Of a stretch of DNA of 64,000 nucleotides, positions 40,632 to 55,416 are shown piece by piece; the first letter of the stretch is position 1; every line of letters starts with the position of its first letter. The notes beneath the pieces are model-generated. The model was not told the origin of the DNA. It saw only the letters and a program-made list of their open reading frames with translations, and made no database searches. The position numbers and the translations under genes are program-made. The stretch comes from Chlorokybus atmophyticus (Eukaryota > Plantae > Mesostigma and Chlorokybus algae). Location of the stretch: NCBI GenBank assembly GCA_009103225.1, contig RHPI01002503.1:873585-937584 (forward strand), given 5' to 3'.

Positions 40632-40787
40632 GCATGTATGCATGCCTAATGGGGAGGTCTACACTAATGTAGTGAGGAACAAACAGTGTGTATAGCCCGG
40701 TGGTTGTGTTGTAATGTGCTTGCATGTTACTGTTTGGCATGCTGTGAGTGAGATCATGCATGTCTCCAACTACTGCCAGCATATCCT
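40632..40787 (-). repeat. Dispersed repeat copy; contains ACCACCGGGCTA and CCCCATTAGGCATGCA
   Basis: Aligns with 24893-24998 and shares two motifs with 12496-12551 and 12711-12785. Confidence 0.9.
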
Positions 40788-41331
40788 GTATACCACTCCC
40801 ACAGGTAAATTCGCCATGCTTGGAATGTTTGTTGCAATCAAACCAGTCAGGCATACGGTATCATAGACATGCATAGACAACTCACATAACGGGCAATCCA
40901 ACTATGCAAATCAAGCAAACACTACACAATTTAGCTAGGGGTTATAGCTCACTATTGCTACCTCACAACCCTTCTAGCTAAGTGACTGCGTATGTGTGCA
41001 AGTGCGTGCAGCGGCAGGCAAGATGGAGCAGGCGAACAATGGTGGTGCAGGCATGTACGGCGATGCCATTGTCACATACAACTATTGATGCATGTGATGC
41101 CCTAATTATAGTATCTGTAACACCACAAGTTGTAATGCTTGCATTACACCATGCATGCTTCGTGTGTTTTTCAATAAAGCATCCACATGGGCTGGCAGCA
41201 TCAACATGTGATAAAAGATGTGCGGTTGCTAACTGTAGAGCCATCAGAGTACCATACCTAAGTTGCTAACCTCCATGATTGGGGAAGATATATAGCAGGG
41301 CATCCTACACTACACTGCACGGGACTGACTG

Positions 41332-43113
41332 CTACCTAACAGGTTTGGCAACATCTTTCCAGGTTACACTCGCATCCAGATTCCAAACATCCGGCTGAGC
41401 TCCATCAAATGGTAGCTCCAAGCCCTGCTCATACAGGCCTGGTGCAGACACCTGTGCGATGCATTACAATCAGAAATGCCACCCAACATGCATTTGATGC
41501 AAGTGATGCGCACAGTCTCACAAGCCCAACGTGGCCAAAGCTCTCAACAACAAGACAGCTGGCTATGCGCACAACTCCAGCGTGACACATACAATACCTC
41601 ATACCTCACAAGCATCGCAGAAAAATGCTCCGTCCTGTTGCACGTCCTCTGCGCTCAAGCCAATGCAAGCTGGGTGGAACCTTGACACCACAACAAGCAG
41701 TCAGCCTGCCTGCCATGCAAACAGCACCACATAAAAGAAAGCACATGAAGAGATATTGACTTGCTCTATAGTACCACTCAAAACACGTGTCGCACTGCAC
41801 CATCAACATGTCCGGATTGTACGGCAACTCGCACTTGCAGTACCTGAGAAGCATAGCCATGAATGAGAAACAACACGAGAAGCGCCAAGCCAGTGTTACC
41901 ACTGGCACAAGTTTGCATGTCACTGAGGCTTACACAGTGACAGCTTCCGGCTTCACTTGGCCGGTGGAGGCAGTGTACTCGAATCGGCAGTAGAAGTGCT
42001 CGTCGCGGATGACCCCCAAGTCAAGATACTGCTTGAGAGTGAGCACAGTGACTTTTCTGATGATGCTCTCAGCGGGGACCCAATCGCGGTGGTCCGATAG
42101 GAACAGCTCCCGCTCCCCATGGTGGCCTTGCCTGCCCAGCTTCGACTCCTCCGGGCGGTAGTACCACCGGGTCTTCAGCCACTTCCGCCCCGCCGCGTCC
42201 TGCTCAATCTGCTCAAGCTTGCCCACATATGGCAATCGTGCCCCCTCTGAAGGCGTCAAGGCCACAACGTCCCCAACTGCGCATACAACAATGTGTCAAG
42301 ATCATCAGCAAAGTCTGGTGGAAGATGAATGCCAGTATTTCTTGGTCTGCGTGGTGTGTTCATGCTGGTAGTGCATGACAGTGCTAAGCAACCATCAGCA
42401 AGAAACCATTGCCCTTGACAGTGATGTACGCGCACAGGCAAACCAATGGCAGTTTAAGCGATAGCTGTGACATGGGCACATGCAGGAGTACAACTTGAGG
42501 GCCATCGTGGGCCTGCTTACTAAGAAGCTGACACATTGAAAGACAACAACACGTTTGTCATAGAATACAATTAGCTGATAACCACTAACACAAAGGTATG
42601 CGCAGATCTGTGCATACCTTTGAGTGCGCGTCAACATGTAGTGTGGAAATGTGCGAAGCACACCACATGCAGATGCACACAAACACACGCATCGACTAAC
42701 GCATGCCAGTTTTTGCGGTTGCGCACTGCAACAATGCTGTATGCATGCAGCGTCAAGCTTGGGTTTGCCAAGAAGCTGGCACAAAAGAACAGATACTTTG
42801 GCCACTGAAGGGGGCCTAAAACTGTATAAACTTCACCTCTAACTGCACAACCATTGACCGTGCAATGGTCAATCTTCACGCGCTTGCTAAGGGCTACTTC
42901 ACCTCCTGCTCCCCTGCTTTTGCCGCCGCTGGGTGAAGGGAAGCAGGCGGCCGGGTTGACTACAGCAGCTGCGCCGGCAGGCCTAGCAGGTGCATGATGT
43001 TGATGGCTTTGCCTATATGGCTGAGCTGCTGAGCGGCTTTTCTTGCTGGCCAGGCCAGCCCCCGCGGTCACATCACCGCCGCCGCCCCCTACTCTACCTC
43101 TGGAAGGCGGCAT
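41332..43113 (-). CDS. EBS/SHL: BAH-PHD chromatin reader (EBS/SHL family), 5 exons
   Basis: VGDVVALTP...PYVGKLE...RWYYRPEES...ELFLSDH...FYCRFEY (BAH), then YCKCELPYNPDMLMVQCDTCFEWFHPACIG...FFCDAC (PHD). Confidence 0.93.
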
Positions 43114-43558
43114 CCCCCTCTGCAGGCAGATGTGCTACCTGAGGTCGCCCATGATGCCAGCTGCACGCAGCATGTGCCCTCCTCGCTAAACACGGCAGCG
43201 CTTTGGCAAGCTTGGCGACACTCCAAGCCAACCTTCCTAAGATAAAGCTTCCAGCTCCACCTCTGCTGCTGTCACTCCCTAACAAACAACGCGTGCCGTT
43301 GACGCCGTCGCCGTAGGTATAAGCTGCCTCCACCACCGCCGCCTGGTCTATGTCGCTGCTGACCTCGGTATAACTGCTCTCGTTATGCCGTTGCCCAATC
43401 ATGCCGACGCGCCGTTAACGCCCCACGGTGGGTCGAACGGCATGCGGCAATCCGGCCACGTGATGAACTGCTAACGGCAACTGTTCAAACGTAGCCTACG
43501 GTGGCGCCAATTTGGCGGCGGCGGTGTCGCCGTCGTTGTCGTGGGGCACATCGCCATC

Positions 43559-44035
43559 ATGGGGCACTTGACCATCTGGTGCAGCCATCCCCGGGGTTAC
43601 GGGCCAGGCTCGCGCATGTGCCGCGTCTGCGGCAACCCGCACGGCCTGGTCCGCAAGTACGGCATCATGCTCTGCCGCCAGTGCTTCAGGATGTGTGCCA
43701 AGGAGATTGGCTTTATCAAGGTAGAAGCAGGGCCGTCATTTGTATTGGGTTGGCTTTCTCATATGCATGCTTGTTTGACTGCTCTCCCTTGTTGCACCGC
43801 TTCTGCACTGCTTACCCAGCATGCAGTTACACTTCTGCGACACAGTTAGAACACCGCGACTGCCAACTCAAGCATGCATGCGTACATGCATGTACGCATG
43901 CATGCTTGAGTTGGCAGTCGCTGTGTCGTAGCTGTGTGTAGTTGCTGGTTTGCTGTTTTGGCAGCCAAGGTTAGCTAGTGGTTGTTGCTACCTGAGCTTA
44001 GTATGTGTGCATCTCATGTGTCGCAGTATCGCTAG
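43559..44035 (+). CDS. RPS29: 40S ribosomal protein S29 (uS14), 2 exons
   Basis: [54 protein letters not shown] plus terminal micro-exon cag/TAT CGC TAG (YR*) at 44027-44035. Confidence 0.95.
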
Positions 44036-45692
44036 CCTACCAGTAGCAAACCACGCCCGACAACCGACATCGGCTCTTCGGCTTTTCTTGCCAGCTGATA
44101 GGCGTTGTTGACATGGTTTTTGTGTGTATGCAACCTGTACAGGAGTTTGCCGCATTGCCGCAGTGATTGTCAACACTTGTTTGCAGTACTTACCAGGTTG
44201 GAGTGAGGGTCTCAGGTTTGTGCTGTGTTCGTATGTAGCACCGTTGTAGCATGCTCTGCCAAGATGTTGCGGAAGAGTTGCTAAAGCAAGTTAGCAGATT
44301 GTCACTTTTGACACACGTTTACACTTCATGACAGCAACAACGCCACGTGCTGCATGAACTCATGTCCAGGCAACAAAATTGATGAGCACCCCTGTGCGTG
44401 AGTTTCACGACCTCTGCACGCCATGTTGCCTGTGGTTGTTACCTTCTGGTTGACCGTGCCGGCAGCTCCGTGATGCGGTATCGATAGCATTGGGTGTGAG
44501 TGGCTAGGAGCTGATTCGGTATCAATGGCTAACAGCAGGTGTGTGTAACATGCATGCATCTTACACAGTCCTGGGTAAACATCCACTGCAGCATGGGTCA
44601 ATGGGTGAGTGTTACTTGTTGGGATCTAGTAAGACGCAAGCTGCCTTTGATGGCGCTAGATTACATACTCCAAACGTACCGCTGCTTAGTGGAATCTATC
44701 TAACAAACTCGTTTGAGATAGCTTTCCTTTAACGGCTAATTGTGGATACCATCTCATTGTATGGGCTGTTGTTTGGTCTTGCAGTCCAGGCATGTTCAGC
44801 AGGGCAGCAGGTGGCTCACGTGACTTGACCATGGCGCAGGATCTTGTTAGGCACTTGTATGGCATTGGCCTTGCATGTGTTGTCCTGTGTTACCACCCAT
44901 CATGTCCCATGCGCTGCTGCATGTGCATGCATCACCATCAGCAGCGTTGCATGTAGTGCTAATCATTTGCCCATGTTGTTCATAGCACCTCAACCAAAGT
45001 ACTCAGTACGTTTGAAGAGGCATTGTCATCTGAGCTGAGCACGACCACTACTGTACCATTATTACAATCATAGGTGTGTCACTTGTGTTGTTACACTGGT
45101 GAAGCTGTCTATTATGATGCAGCTGCAAACCTAAGGGCAGTGCGCCAACACGCATTGCATCTGCACTTGCACTACCTTGTGATCTTATATGGCGTTACCT
45201 CCCCAACATGTGGTCATAGTACCGAAGTGATGCTAACTGTCTGTAAACTATGAAAATGTGTCTCGGCTGCAACCGCTCATAACAACAACAATTGGATACT
45301 AGCTGAGGATTGCGCTGCGCAGGCAGACTTGCATTTGCTAATCTGCAATGAGTCAGGCTATGAGGCAAACACCGGTGTGAGTGCAAACAATTGTCGGAAT
45401 TGCTATTTTTGCAGTACTGCATGCGCAAGCAATCAGTGCTATAGCAGCACCAGCACGACGCACCTTCTGCTCCCAGTGACAAAGCCTGTACAGCAGCACT
45501 AAAGCCATGCGATCAGGCACACAAACTTGGCACACATTGACACTCGCAAACACATGTTTACCACTGTGCAAGCCAGACCAGCATCTGAGTCGGCATTTGA
45601 GCAAGAATTAACGAGCAAGGGGCAGATTGGCACAATTCCCCACTGAACTTACATCTAGAGACTGGTTGCCTGTGCGCGAGCACCAAGTCCTG

Positions 45693-48600
45693 CTACGACT
45701 CGTTTGCAATCTCCTCCCATATGCCCTCGCCCTCGCCCTCGCCGTCGCCGTCGCCCTCGGGCCTCTTGACCCCACCCGCGCCTGCGCGTCCTCCCTTCCC
45801 GTGCTGCTCTCTTTTCACCCCGACCGCGTTGTAAACGCTCTCGACCATGTGGTGGTCTAGGTACGGCCCGACGGGGATGCCTCTCGCCTCCATCTTCTCT
45901 ATCAGATCGAACGCCTCGCGCAGGGCCCCCTTGGAGTGGTGGTACTCCACCATCAGGGCGAACACGTCCCCAACACGCAGCGCGGCCAACTCCTCGTCCT
46001 CATCTGACCCACCCGCAGACAACAACCTCTCCACCAACTCCTCGCACACCTGAAGGGTTCTTCCAGGATCTGTTGTGACCATCTTGCGGCCCTGCACAAA
46101 CGTGTCCACCAGGGCGATGCGCTCGGCCAGGCTGCGCAGAGCTCGCTCGCGCTCGGCTGGGGTTGGCGTGGACGTAGATGAGGCTGAGGATGTGGATGTA
46201 GATGTGGGTGTTGACAATGCCTTGGACAAACACTTGTGCGCTTCGCGCAGAGCTATGAGGGCCTTGTCGTAGTCTCGGTAGTCATCGATCTCAATCTGTC
46301 CAACACGTGATTATGAATCACACGCACGCACATAGACGTACACACATGCACAGTCAAGTATGTGCGCGCGCATGATTGCTCACAAATGCACACACGCGTA
46401 CACTTGTGTGTATGCGTGCACACACAAGTGTACATGTGTACATCGACTTGAAGACTGCAATGCAGACCAGGTAGTTGTGTCCTCACCTGTGCGCACGCTT
46501 CATAGAACGACGACAGCGACCCGAACGCCCTGGCCTTGGTATAGAACTGTATGATGACTTTCATGACCTCTCCATCGTTGTGCCAGTCGAGGCTTTGCAG
46601 GTAGTTGGCAGCCATGACGTAGATCTCTCGCTGCCTCGACACGTTGGCGAAGAACACGATCTTCTCCGTGTCACCGGATTTGAGCAGAACCTCCATCGCT
46701 TTGAGCTTCTCGCCGGCCTGAGCGTACTTCTTGCAAGCAAGGTGGTACGCCCCTTGCCTCTTTAGACACTTGGCCAGTTTTAACAGCAATTGGTGCCTCT
46801 CTGCGGCCGCGTAAGCCGGGTACGCATCCTGAAGGGGAAAATTGTTGTTGGGTTGTGTATGTTTGTAGGCATAGAGTACAATTGTATACATCTTACCTGT
46901 GAGGGAGTTGTGTCTGGTGTGTGGCCACGGGGGAGGCCATTCGCTGAACCCGGTCGAGAGGGGTCCGCTGATCCGGCTGAGCTCGCCGAACCCGCTGAGC
47001 TGGGTTTGGCCGGGGCCGGGGGTGTCATCGCCTCGGCCATCTCCTCTGTAATTGCCACGTCCCTCTCTATACACTGCACACAGCAGCAGTTCAAACCCAA
47101 CGTGTAAGGTGTGTTTGTGTGTGCGCGCGTGCGCATGTGTGTGTGCGCGTGTGTGGCTATGCTGGTTAGCAGTGTACGCGCCGTACCAGGTCGAGTGCGC
47201 GGAAGTACTGCTTTGCGTGGATGAACATCTGGACAGCTTGCGCATACTGCCCGTGTTCCATGAAGAATGCCGCGCATCGCATCAGCAGCTCCGGATCGCT
47301 CCTGTTTCCGAGCTGGTCCGCTATCAGACGCAGGGATTCGAAGAGCCGCACCGAGAAGCACAGGTCCAACGCCCGCGACAACGAGCCGCCCTTGTGGAAC
47401 AGAGTCACAGCGCGCTCGTACTGGCTGCGTTCCTCGAAGTACTTGGCGCACTCGACCATCACGCGAGGCGTGCTCTGTAGGGACGTAACAATGTGTGCAT
47501 GCGCATCGTGCGTGCGTGCGTGTGTGCGTGCGTGCGTACGTGCGTGCATGCGTGCGTGAGAGCGCGCGTGCATACATCTGTCTCTCTCCTTGTGTGTGCA
47601 TGTGTGTGTGTGTGTGCGCGAGTGTGAGAGACACGTTGCCAGCGTTACCTGTAGGGCAAGGGTGACAAGCTCCGCGTCCATGCCATTGCGTTTGGCGAGC
47701 CTCACGGCATGGGAGTGCCGCCCGGCCCTCGCATACAGCTTCACTGCCTCAGCCACCCTCTCCATGTTCTCATACTGGCGTGCGAGGTGGAAGGCCGCCG
47801 CGGGGCTGCCTGATGACTCCACGACCTTAGCGGCCTCCTCTAAAGACCCCATAAAGCAATGAAGCCGCACTTGCGCGAGGTGATCACCCGCCTGTGCAGC
47901 AAAGGGACACACACACACACACACTGAGCCATGACTCTGGCAACCATTGCCTTCCACAGTTGATTTGACCAGCGGGTATCATCATTGGCACTTACTTGTT
48001 GGTACGATGCCAGAGCGGTGTGGTAGTCTCCGATGCTCTCCGAGTATCTTGCCCACCACTTCGCAAGCTCCGGGTCCCCCGACTTGGCGCAGTACTCCCT
48101 CAGATCATCCAGTCTTCCCGCGTCGCACAGCATGCGCGGCACCTCGTAGTGGCGGCCGGCGGGACCCGCGCGTTGGTACGCGTCCGCGGCGGCGCGCAGG
48201 TCACCCGTGGACTCGAGGTGCTTCGCGTACGCGTACCACGTGGTGCGCAAGTGGATGCGGTCCTTCTTCTCGGCGAGATCAGTCGCACGCTCCCACTCGC
48301 CATTAGCCTTCAACACACAACCGATATGTAAGTTGCTCAAGGTCAGGTGCTTGGTTTCCAATCACCTGACCGTGAGCATAGTTGCACTCAACAACGGACA
48401 CCTTGTACGTGCGTGCATGCGTGCGCGCGCGTGCGCGTGTGCGTGTGACTGCAGCCACAAGGGCTTTCTTATGGTGTGGCGTTGCACGGCACACCTGAAA
48501 GAGTTGGTTGAGTAGGTCCCACCGTTGCCCCTGCGCATACAGTCTCTCCGCCTCTTCGACCATATCGAGTTGTACAGCAACTTTCCCGACGCGAGCCTCT

Positions 48601-51600
48601 TCCTCGGGTTCCGCGGCGGCCAAGCGCACGGCGGCCGCGGCGGGTGCGGCCCCGAGGTGAGCGAGACAGTGACGAGCTACGTCGGGACGACGGGTCTTGA
48701 CGCAGACGCGGGCCATCGTGGACCACACCGATGGACCACCCAAGCCTCTCACCGCCCTGTTGAAGACGGGATCACCTTGTTAACAGTCTATCCGTCGCAC
48801 TATGCATGTGCGCGCATACATACAAACACGCATGCACGCATATATCTGGACATGCATTTGCCAACTGGTATGCTCGCGCGCGCACACACACACAGACACA
48901 CATGCACAAACAGGCAACTGCACACATGTATACAAACTGTGAGCACACGTGCGCATGCACACACCCATGCGTGCATGCGCACACGCGCATGTGCACATGA
49001 ATGCATACACCCCGCGCTCATGTGTGCGTCCATGTGCGAGCATGCGTATGTGCACGAACATATGCTCGCACACGCGTAGACAGAAGAAAACAATATGCGC
49101 ACATACATGTGAGCACACACCCGCACGTACAGGTAAGCACGCAAGCTCTCACTTGCGCATGTACACAAACGAGGCGGATGAACACGTGTCTTACTTGTAG
49201 GCTTCCTCCATGTTGCCCGCTGCCAGCTCCACGCTGAACGTGAGCAGGCCCTTGCGCGTCGTCTCGTCCACATGCTCCTGCACAACCACGCGACATATGC
49301 ACTCACATTTCAGAGAGAACCACCGCACTCGCTAATGCCACTTACCATGCCGACGAAGTCACGCATTACAGCACGTCGCACGTTGCCGTTGGTAGTGTTG
49401 GCACCCTCCGCGTCCACGCGGGTGTGGTAGTAGACATATGGCGCTTTGAGGCCCAGGAGGCCCTCGCTGCCGCCGCGAATGCCCTCCACCTGAAGTTGCG
49501 CCAGTCTGAGTTGATGTACACGAGTTGATCAACGCGCACACACGCACACGCACATGCGCTCGTGCATGCGCATGCGCACGCACACGCACACGCTCGTGCG
49601 CACACACGTGCACGCATACACACGCAATGCTTGTGGCTTGTAGACCTTGTCCTGCTGAAGGATGCCTTGGTGCGTAGTGGCAAACAGGGTGTAGACAGCA
49701 CTGGCTTCGGTGTCCACCTAAGCAGCAACATTAGGTGTATGTGGCGCATTGGCATGTGTGGACGTGTAGCAGTGTGCGTTGTGCAGCTAAGACTTGTGTG
49801 GCTAAAAGCCTGACTCATTGATTGCATCAACAGTGCACACCTCCACGTTGGCCTGGCAGGCCAGCAGCTGCGGCTCCTCCTCATCCCAACAGTGCCAATC
49901 TGGCACCCGCTTATCACCCCTGCAATACACATGACATCAACACGTGCTCACATACGCGCACACGCGCACGCAACACATCAACACACGCAATGGCATTCAA
50001 TCTGTTGTGTCACACGCACCAGCACCCACCTGAAGTCGTACGAGTCGAAAGTGTCCGACTCCACGTCGTACACGATCAATCTGCCGCTTGCGCCAGCGGC
50101 GAGGATGCTGACTTTGGTGCCGTTGCCGTTGCAGCGCACTGAAGTGATATCCCCCAACGCCTCAGTGCTGTTATTGTTGTTGTTGTTGGTGGTGGTGGTG
50201 CTCGGAAGCTGCACCTGTTTCACGCAAGCACACGGTATGGTTGAGTACCGAAATGTTTGTGCGGTGTTGGTTTGTAGCATGCGGATGTGGTCATGACATG
50301 ATATGGCAGGCGTACTTTGCGGCCATTGAGAGGCCCGTGCGGCTTTGCTTCTCGGCCCCCAAGCTTCCACAGACGAACGTACCCACCAGATGTTGCCTGT
50401 GGTATGACATTTGCAACAAAGGTAAGACATCAGCAGCAGTGGCGATAACGACAACCACGTTGTGGGTGTGGGTGTGGGTGTGGGTGCGGGCGCGTGTGTG
50501 CTCGTGTTCGCGTGTGTGCATATACCGCTGCCAGGTAGTTGCCGTTGATGTCAAGCCGAACCACCTTGCCTTCCAGCTCGCTCACCGCAAGCACTTGCTT
50601 CACCACACCCTGCCGTGCACATATGCACGTCACATCACCCACTGACGGCAAATCAAGAACAACACCTGACACAACTGTATGTTGTGTCCACATGCCTGAA
50701 AATTGCTAATCTCCACATTGCTCCCCGCAGCCCTGTACACCCCATCGGCATGAAGCGCCATAGCCGAGGTGTTGTTACCAATAGCAAACGAGGACACATT
50801 CGACCCAACATCACTAGTCTCATCCAACGTGGACACGCGCGCCACATGTGCTCGCTTCCCGCCCCAGCACAGCACGTGTGTGGCGCAGATGTCCACCCCG
50901 GTGGCGGGGAAGGGGAGAGTTAAAGTGGATGGTGAGGGTAGTTGTTGGGTTGTTGTTGTGATGGTGAACTTGTCGGCGGCGAGTTGGACTGCGGACACGC
51001 CCTCGCGCATTCTATGCTGGAGAGTGCAGCCGGTCAGGATGGAAGCCGCGTCACCCTCGATCACTGCGCAGAGGAGATTCGCGCCCGAAGCTGCACACAC
51101 ACACGCATGCGCGCATACACGTCCACAGGTGAGGTTGCCGCGAACACAACACTGCCTCTTACACATCATACTGCTATACGCATTACATAAACCAATGTAT
51201 CACCGCTTGTGACATACCCCAAGCCAGGGACTTGACTGCTGATCCAGCTTCCACCGGCGGCAACGCCTGCAACAATGAGAGATAGACTTGTGTCGTAAAG
51301 TTGTGTCACTCGCTACCAACGGCGCACGCTCACACTCGCAACGCAATGTGTACCCGCCACGCGCGCTCGGGGCCTGCTGCATCAGCGCCTGTTCTGTTGT
51401 TGTCCAGGACATCATCATCTGTACCATCAAACATGTTGTTGCTCGCCAAGGATGGCGAGAAGCGCCACATTGCCACGCGGCCCTCCAGCGACCCCGCTGC
51501 ATAGTTGTTGGGAAAGGTGAGTCACATGTTGTCTCACACTCAGCGTGTAGAAGAGTTGTTGTCTCACCTGCTAGAGTGAGGGACTGCGGGTTGAACGCGA

Positions 51601-53743
51601 GCGTGTAGACTCGGTCACGCGACCTGCCCTCTCCCTCAGGCATGTCCAACACAAAGTTCTCCTCCGACTCAACATCGTACGCAAACACCTGTGACAGATG
51701 TTGTTGTTATGGTGCACAACAACAACATCCAGCAACAACAACAACAAGTCCTCTTACTCTCTGTTGGCCTCGGAATGCGCACGCGACGGTCCCGCTCGAC
51801 ACCCACTCCGCGCTAGTGAGGTCTGTGCCTCCGCTGAGCTTCACGCGCATGCTGCATGTCCAGCTGTTGTTGTTGCTGTTGGTGGTGTTGGTGTTGGTGG
51901 TGGTGGTGGTGGTGATGGCGGCCTCGTGGACGGTGAGGGTGTTGGTGCGCGTGACGCACGCGACGGCGTTGCGGGCAGGGTGAGGACGTGGAGCCGAGAG
52001 GGCCTCTGCGTCCAGCTCGAAGGCCACAATCCTGTGCCCCTGCGTGTGCATGCGTGTGAGAGGATGTGTGTGCGTGGATACGCGTGTGGACGCGTGTAGG
52101 TGGTGTGCTTACATGTGCAAACGCATACATGTGCACCCGCCTGCGCAAGTGCAAGTGTGTGTGCTGCTGTGTGTCACAAGAGATAACGCGAACCATAGTA
52201 TTACTCATTGCTCTTACTCTGTCATCTGCTTCGCACACGTAGAATTTTGTCCCGTCAAACACCGTGTAGAAGAACGGCGGAAACACTGGCAGCCCCGGAT
52301 CCCTGTCGACACAACATACACACATGATATACGGACACATCCTCCCGTGATGTTGGTTGGTAACTTAGAGACAAACAGTCATTCTCACGGTTCCGCCAGC
52401 GGTGCCGCATTGTTGGCAATCACCACATGGCCAATCTTCACTCCACTCCCTTTCTCCCCGTACTGCGTGATCCCCACGAGCGGCTTCGCTCTCGCCTCGT
52501 CGACCTTCCACACACCCACGCCGGCCCCCTCTGTCGTCATCGAAGGCGAGCAAGCGGCGGAGACGAAGCGGGCGGAACGGACGTGCCAGGAGAGGGAGGA
52601 GACGGGGCCGCGGTGGACGGAACGGTCCTCGGAGTAGCGGGGGACGGGGGAGGTGGAGGAGTAGCAACCGATGGCGCCTGGGGTGGGGGGGTGTGCGAGT
52701 TTCGCGTGTGTGTGCGCGCGTGTGTCAATGGGCATGTGCGAGCTTGGTTGTGTGGGTGGGAAGGGGGGAGTGTTGTGCGTATAAGCGCATGCGTGGGTGG
52801 GTGGGTGCGCGTGTGTCTGTCTGCGCGTGTGCGCTTGCATGCGGGTGGGTGGACGGGTTTTGGGGGGGGGGGGGGGGGGGGGGGGGGNNNNNNNNNNNNN
52901 NNNNNNNNNNNNNNNNNNNNNNNNNNNNNNNNNNNNNNNNNNNNNNNNNNNNNNNNNNNNNNNNNNNNNNNNNNNNNNNNNNNNNNNNNNNNNNNNNNNN
53001 NNNNNNNNNNNNNNNNNNNNNNNNNNNNNNNNNNNNNNNNNNNNNNNNNNNNNNNGGGGATGTGTGTAACGTAAGCTGCTTACCGTCCGACCAGCCGATG
53101 GCGAGTAGGGGGAGGGAAGGGTGCCATGCCAGTGCTGTGGCGGTTGCGTTGCCCTTTGAGTTCTTCACTACTGCACTCTGGTCGCTCTCACCCTAAGAAA
53201 CGTTTATCAGGTTATTATGCACAACCTAGTCTGCACGCACTGACGCAAGCCAACACCTTCAACGCGACTTGTTCATCGCCAGCAAAACCGCACACACATG
53301 ATTGCAGTGGCGCACTCCTTGCACCAGAATACTGGGGGTCAATATAAGCATCCACAGACGCTCTACATACAGCATACATATGTTGGGTTATTCTGCTGAC
53401 TTGTAAAGTATCAGCTTGCTTGTACATACAACTGTTACAGTTAGAAGGTCTCAGCCTGTACATGGTGAAGTGAATTGCTCAGGTCTATGAGACTGCTAGA
53501 GTGTGAATGTTGTTCTCCAATCAGCAAATGTAAACTGCTAGTGGCGCACGCAACTTCGTACACAAATGATTAACATTGCAAATCTCTCACCTCTGCATTA
53601 AAAAGCAATACATTCCCCTCCCCCCCCGCGACCGCCAGCACCGGGCTGTTTCCCCCCCTCCCCGCCGACCACGCAGCCAATGACGCCCCAGGCACCCCGA
53701 CCCGAGTGGAGAAGTACACCGCAGCAGCTGCCGCCGACGCCAT
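45693..53743 (-). CDS. IFT140: Intraflagellar transport protein 140 (IFT-A; WD40 + TPR), about 18 exons; N gap lies in an intron
   Basis: AVYFST...[17 protein letters not shown]; GVVKQVL...LDINGNYL; MRDFVGM; [26 protein letters not shown]; [17 protein letters not shown]; [21 protein letters not shown]; [12 protein letters not shown]. Frame was traced across all junctions. Confidence 0.96.
52888..53055. other. Assembly gap (N), flanked by G runs
   Basis: 26 G before the gap; it lies in IFT140 intron 2, whose flanking exons join in phase. Confidence 1.
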
Positions 53744-53958
53744 CTCGGCCCAGCTGCTGGCCTGGTGGCCTAATGGCCTGATGGCCTGATGGCCTGGTGA
53801 GCTTAGCTTTGGCCTGATGCGCGACTGATGACGATGGTAATGCGGAACACGCTAACAGTTGAGACCCGAACACGCAACTGATGCTGTATCGCGGTTATGG
53901 AGCGTCATACAGGCAAAGTCACGTAACGCTACCTGCGGCGGTGTACAGGGGTTTGTGG

Positions 53959-53988
53959 TTAGGGTTTGGTGTGTGTCCAAAACCCTAG
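53959..53988. promoter_or_regulatory. Pair of oppositely oriented telo-boxes in the IFT140/RPS13 divergent promoter
   Basis: TTAGGGTTT at 53959-53967 and AAACCCTAG at 53980-53988. Confidence 0.75.
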
Positions 53989-54136
53989 CCGCCGCCCTAG
54001 GTGAGTCCTTTTGGGCCGTCGCCGCCGTCGGGGCTGGGATCGTCGGCATCGTCGGCGGCGGTAGGGAGCGGGCGGAGCGGGGTGGCGTGTACCTGGAAGT
54101 AGAGGCGCTGAGCGCCTGGACATCTGATCCGCCACC

Positions 54137-55416
<1,280 letters not shown>

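Noticed and set aside
53591-53743. Apparent frameshift in IFT140 exon 1 at G runs (the ORF track shows another frame)
   Set aside because: A manual count gives an intact frame: [15 protein letters not shown]...[14 protein letters not shown].
53826-53880. TGATGA...CTGA, possible C/D snoRNA
   Set aside because: Too short, no terminal stem, no rRNA complementarity recognised, and it lies in a promoter.
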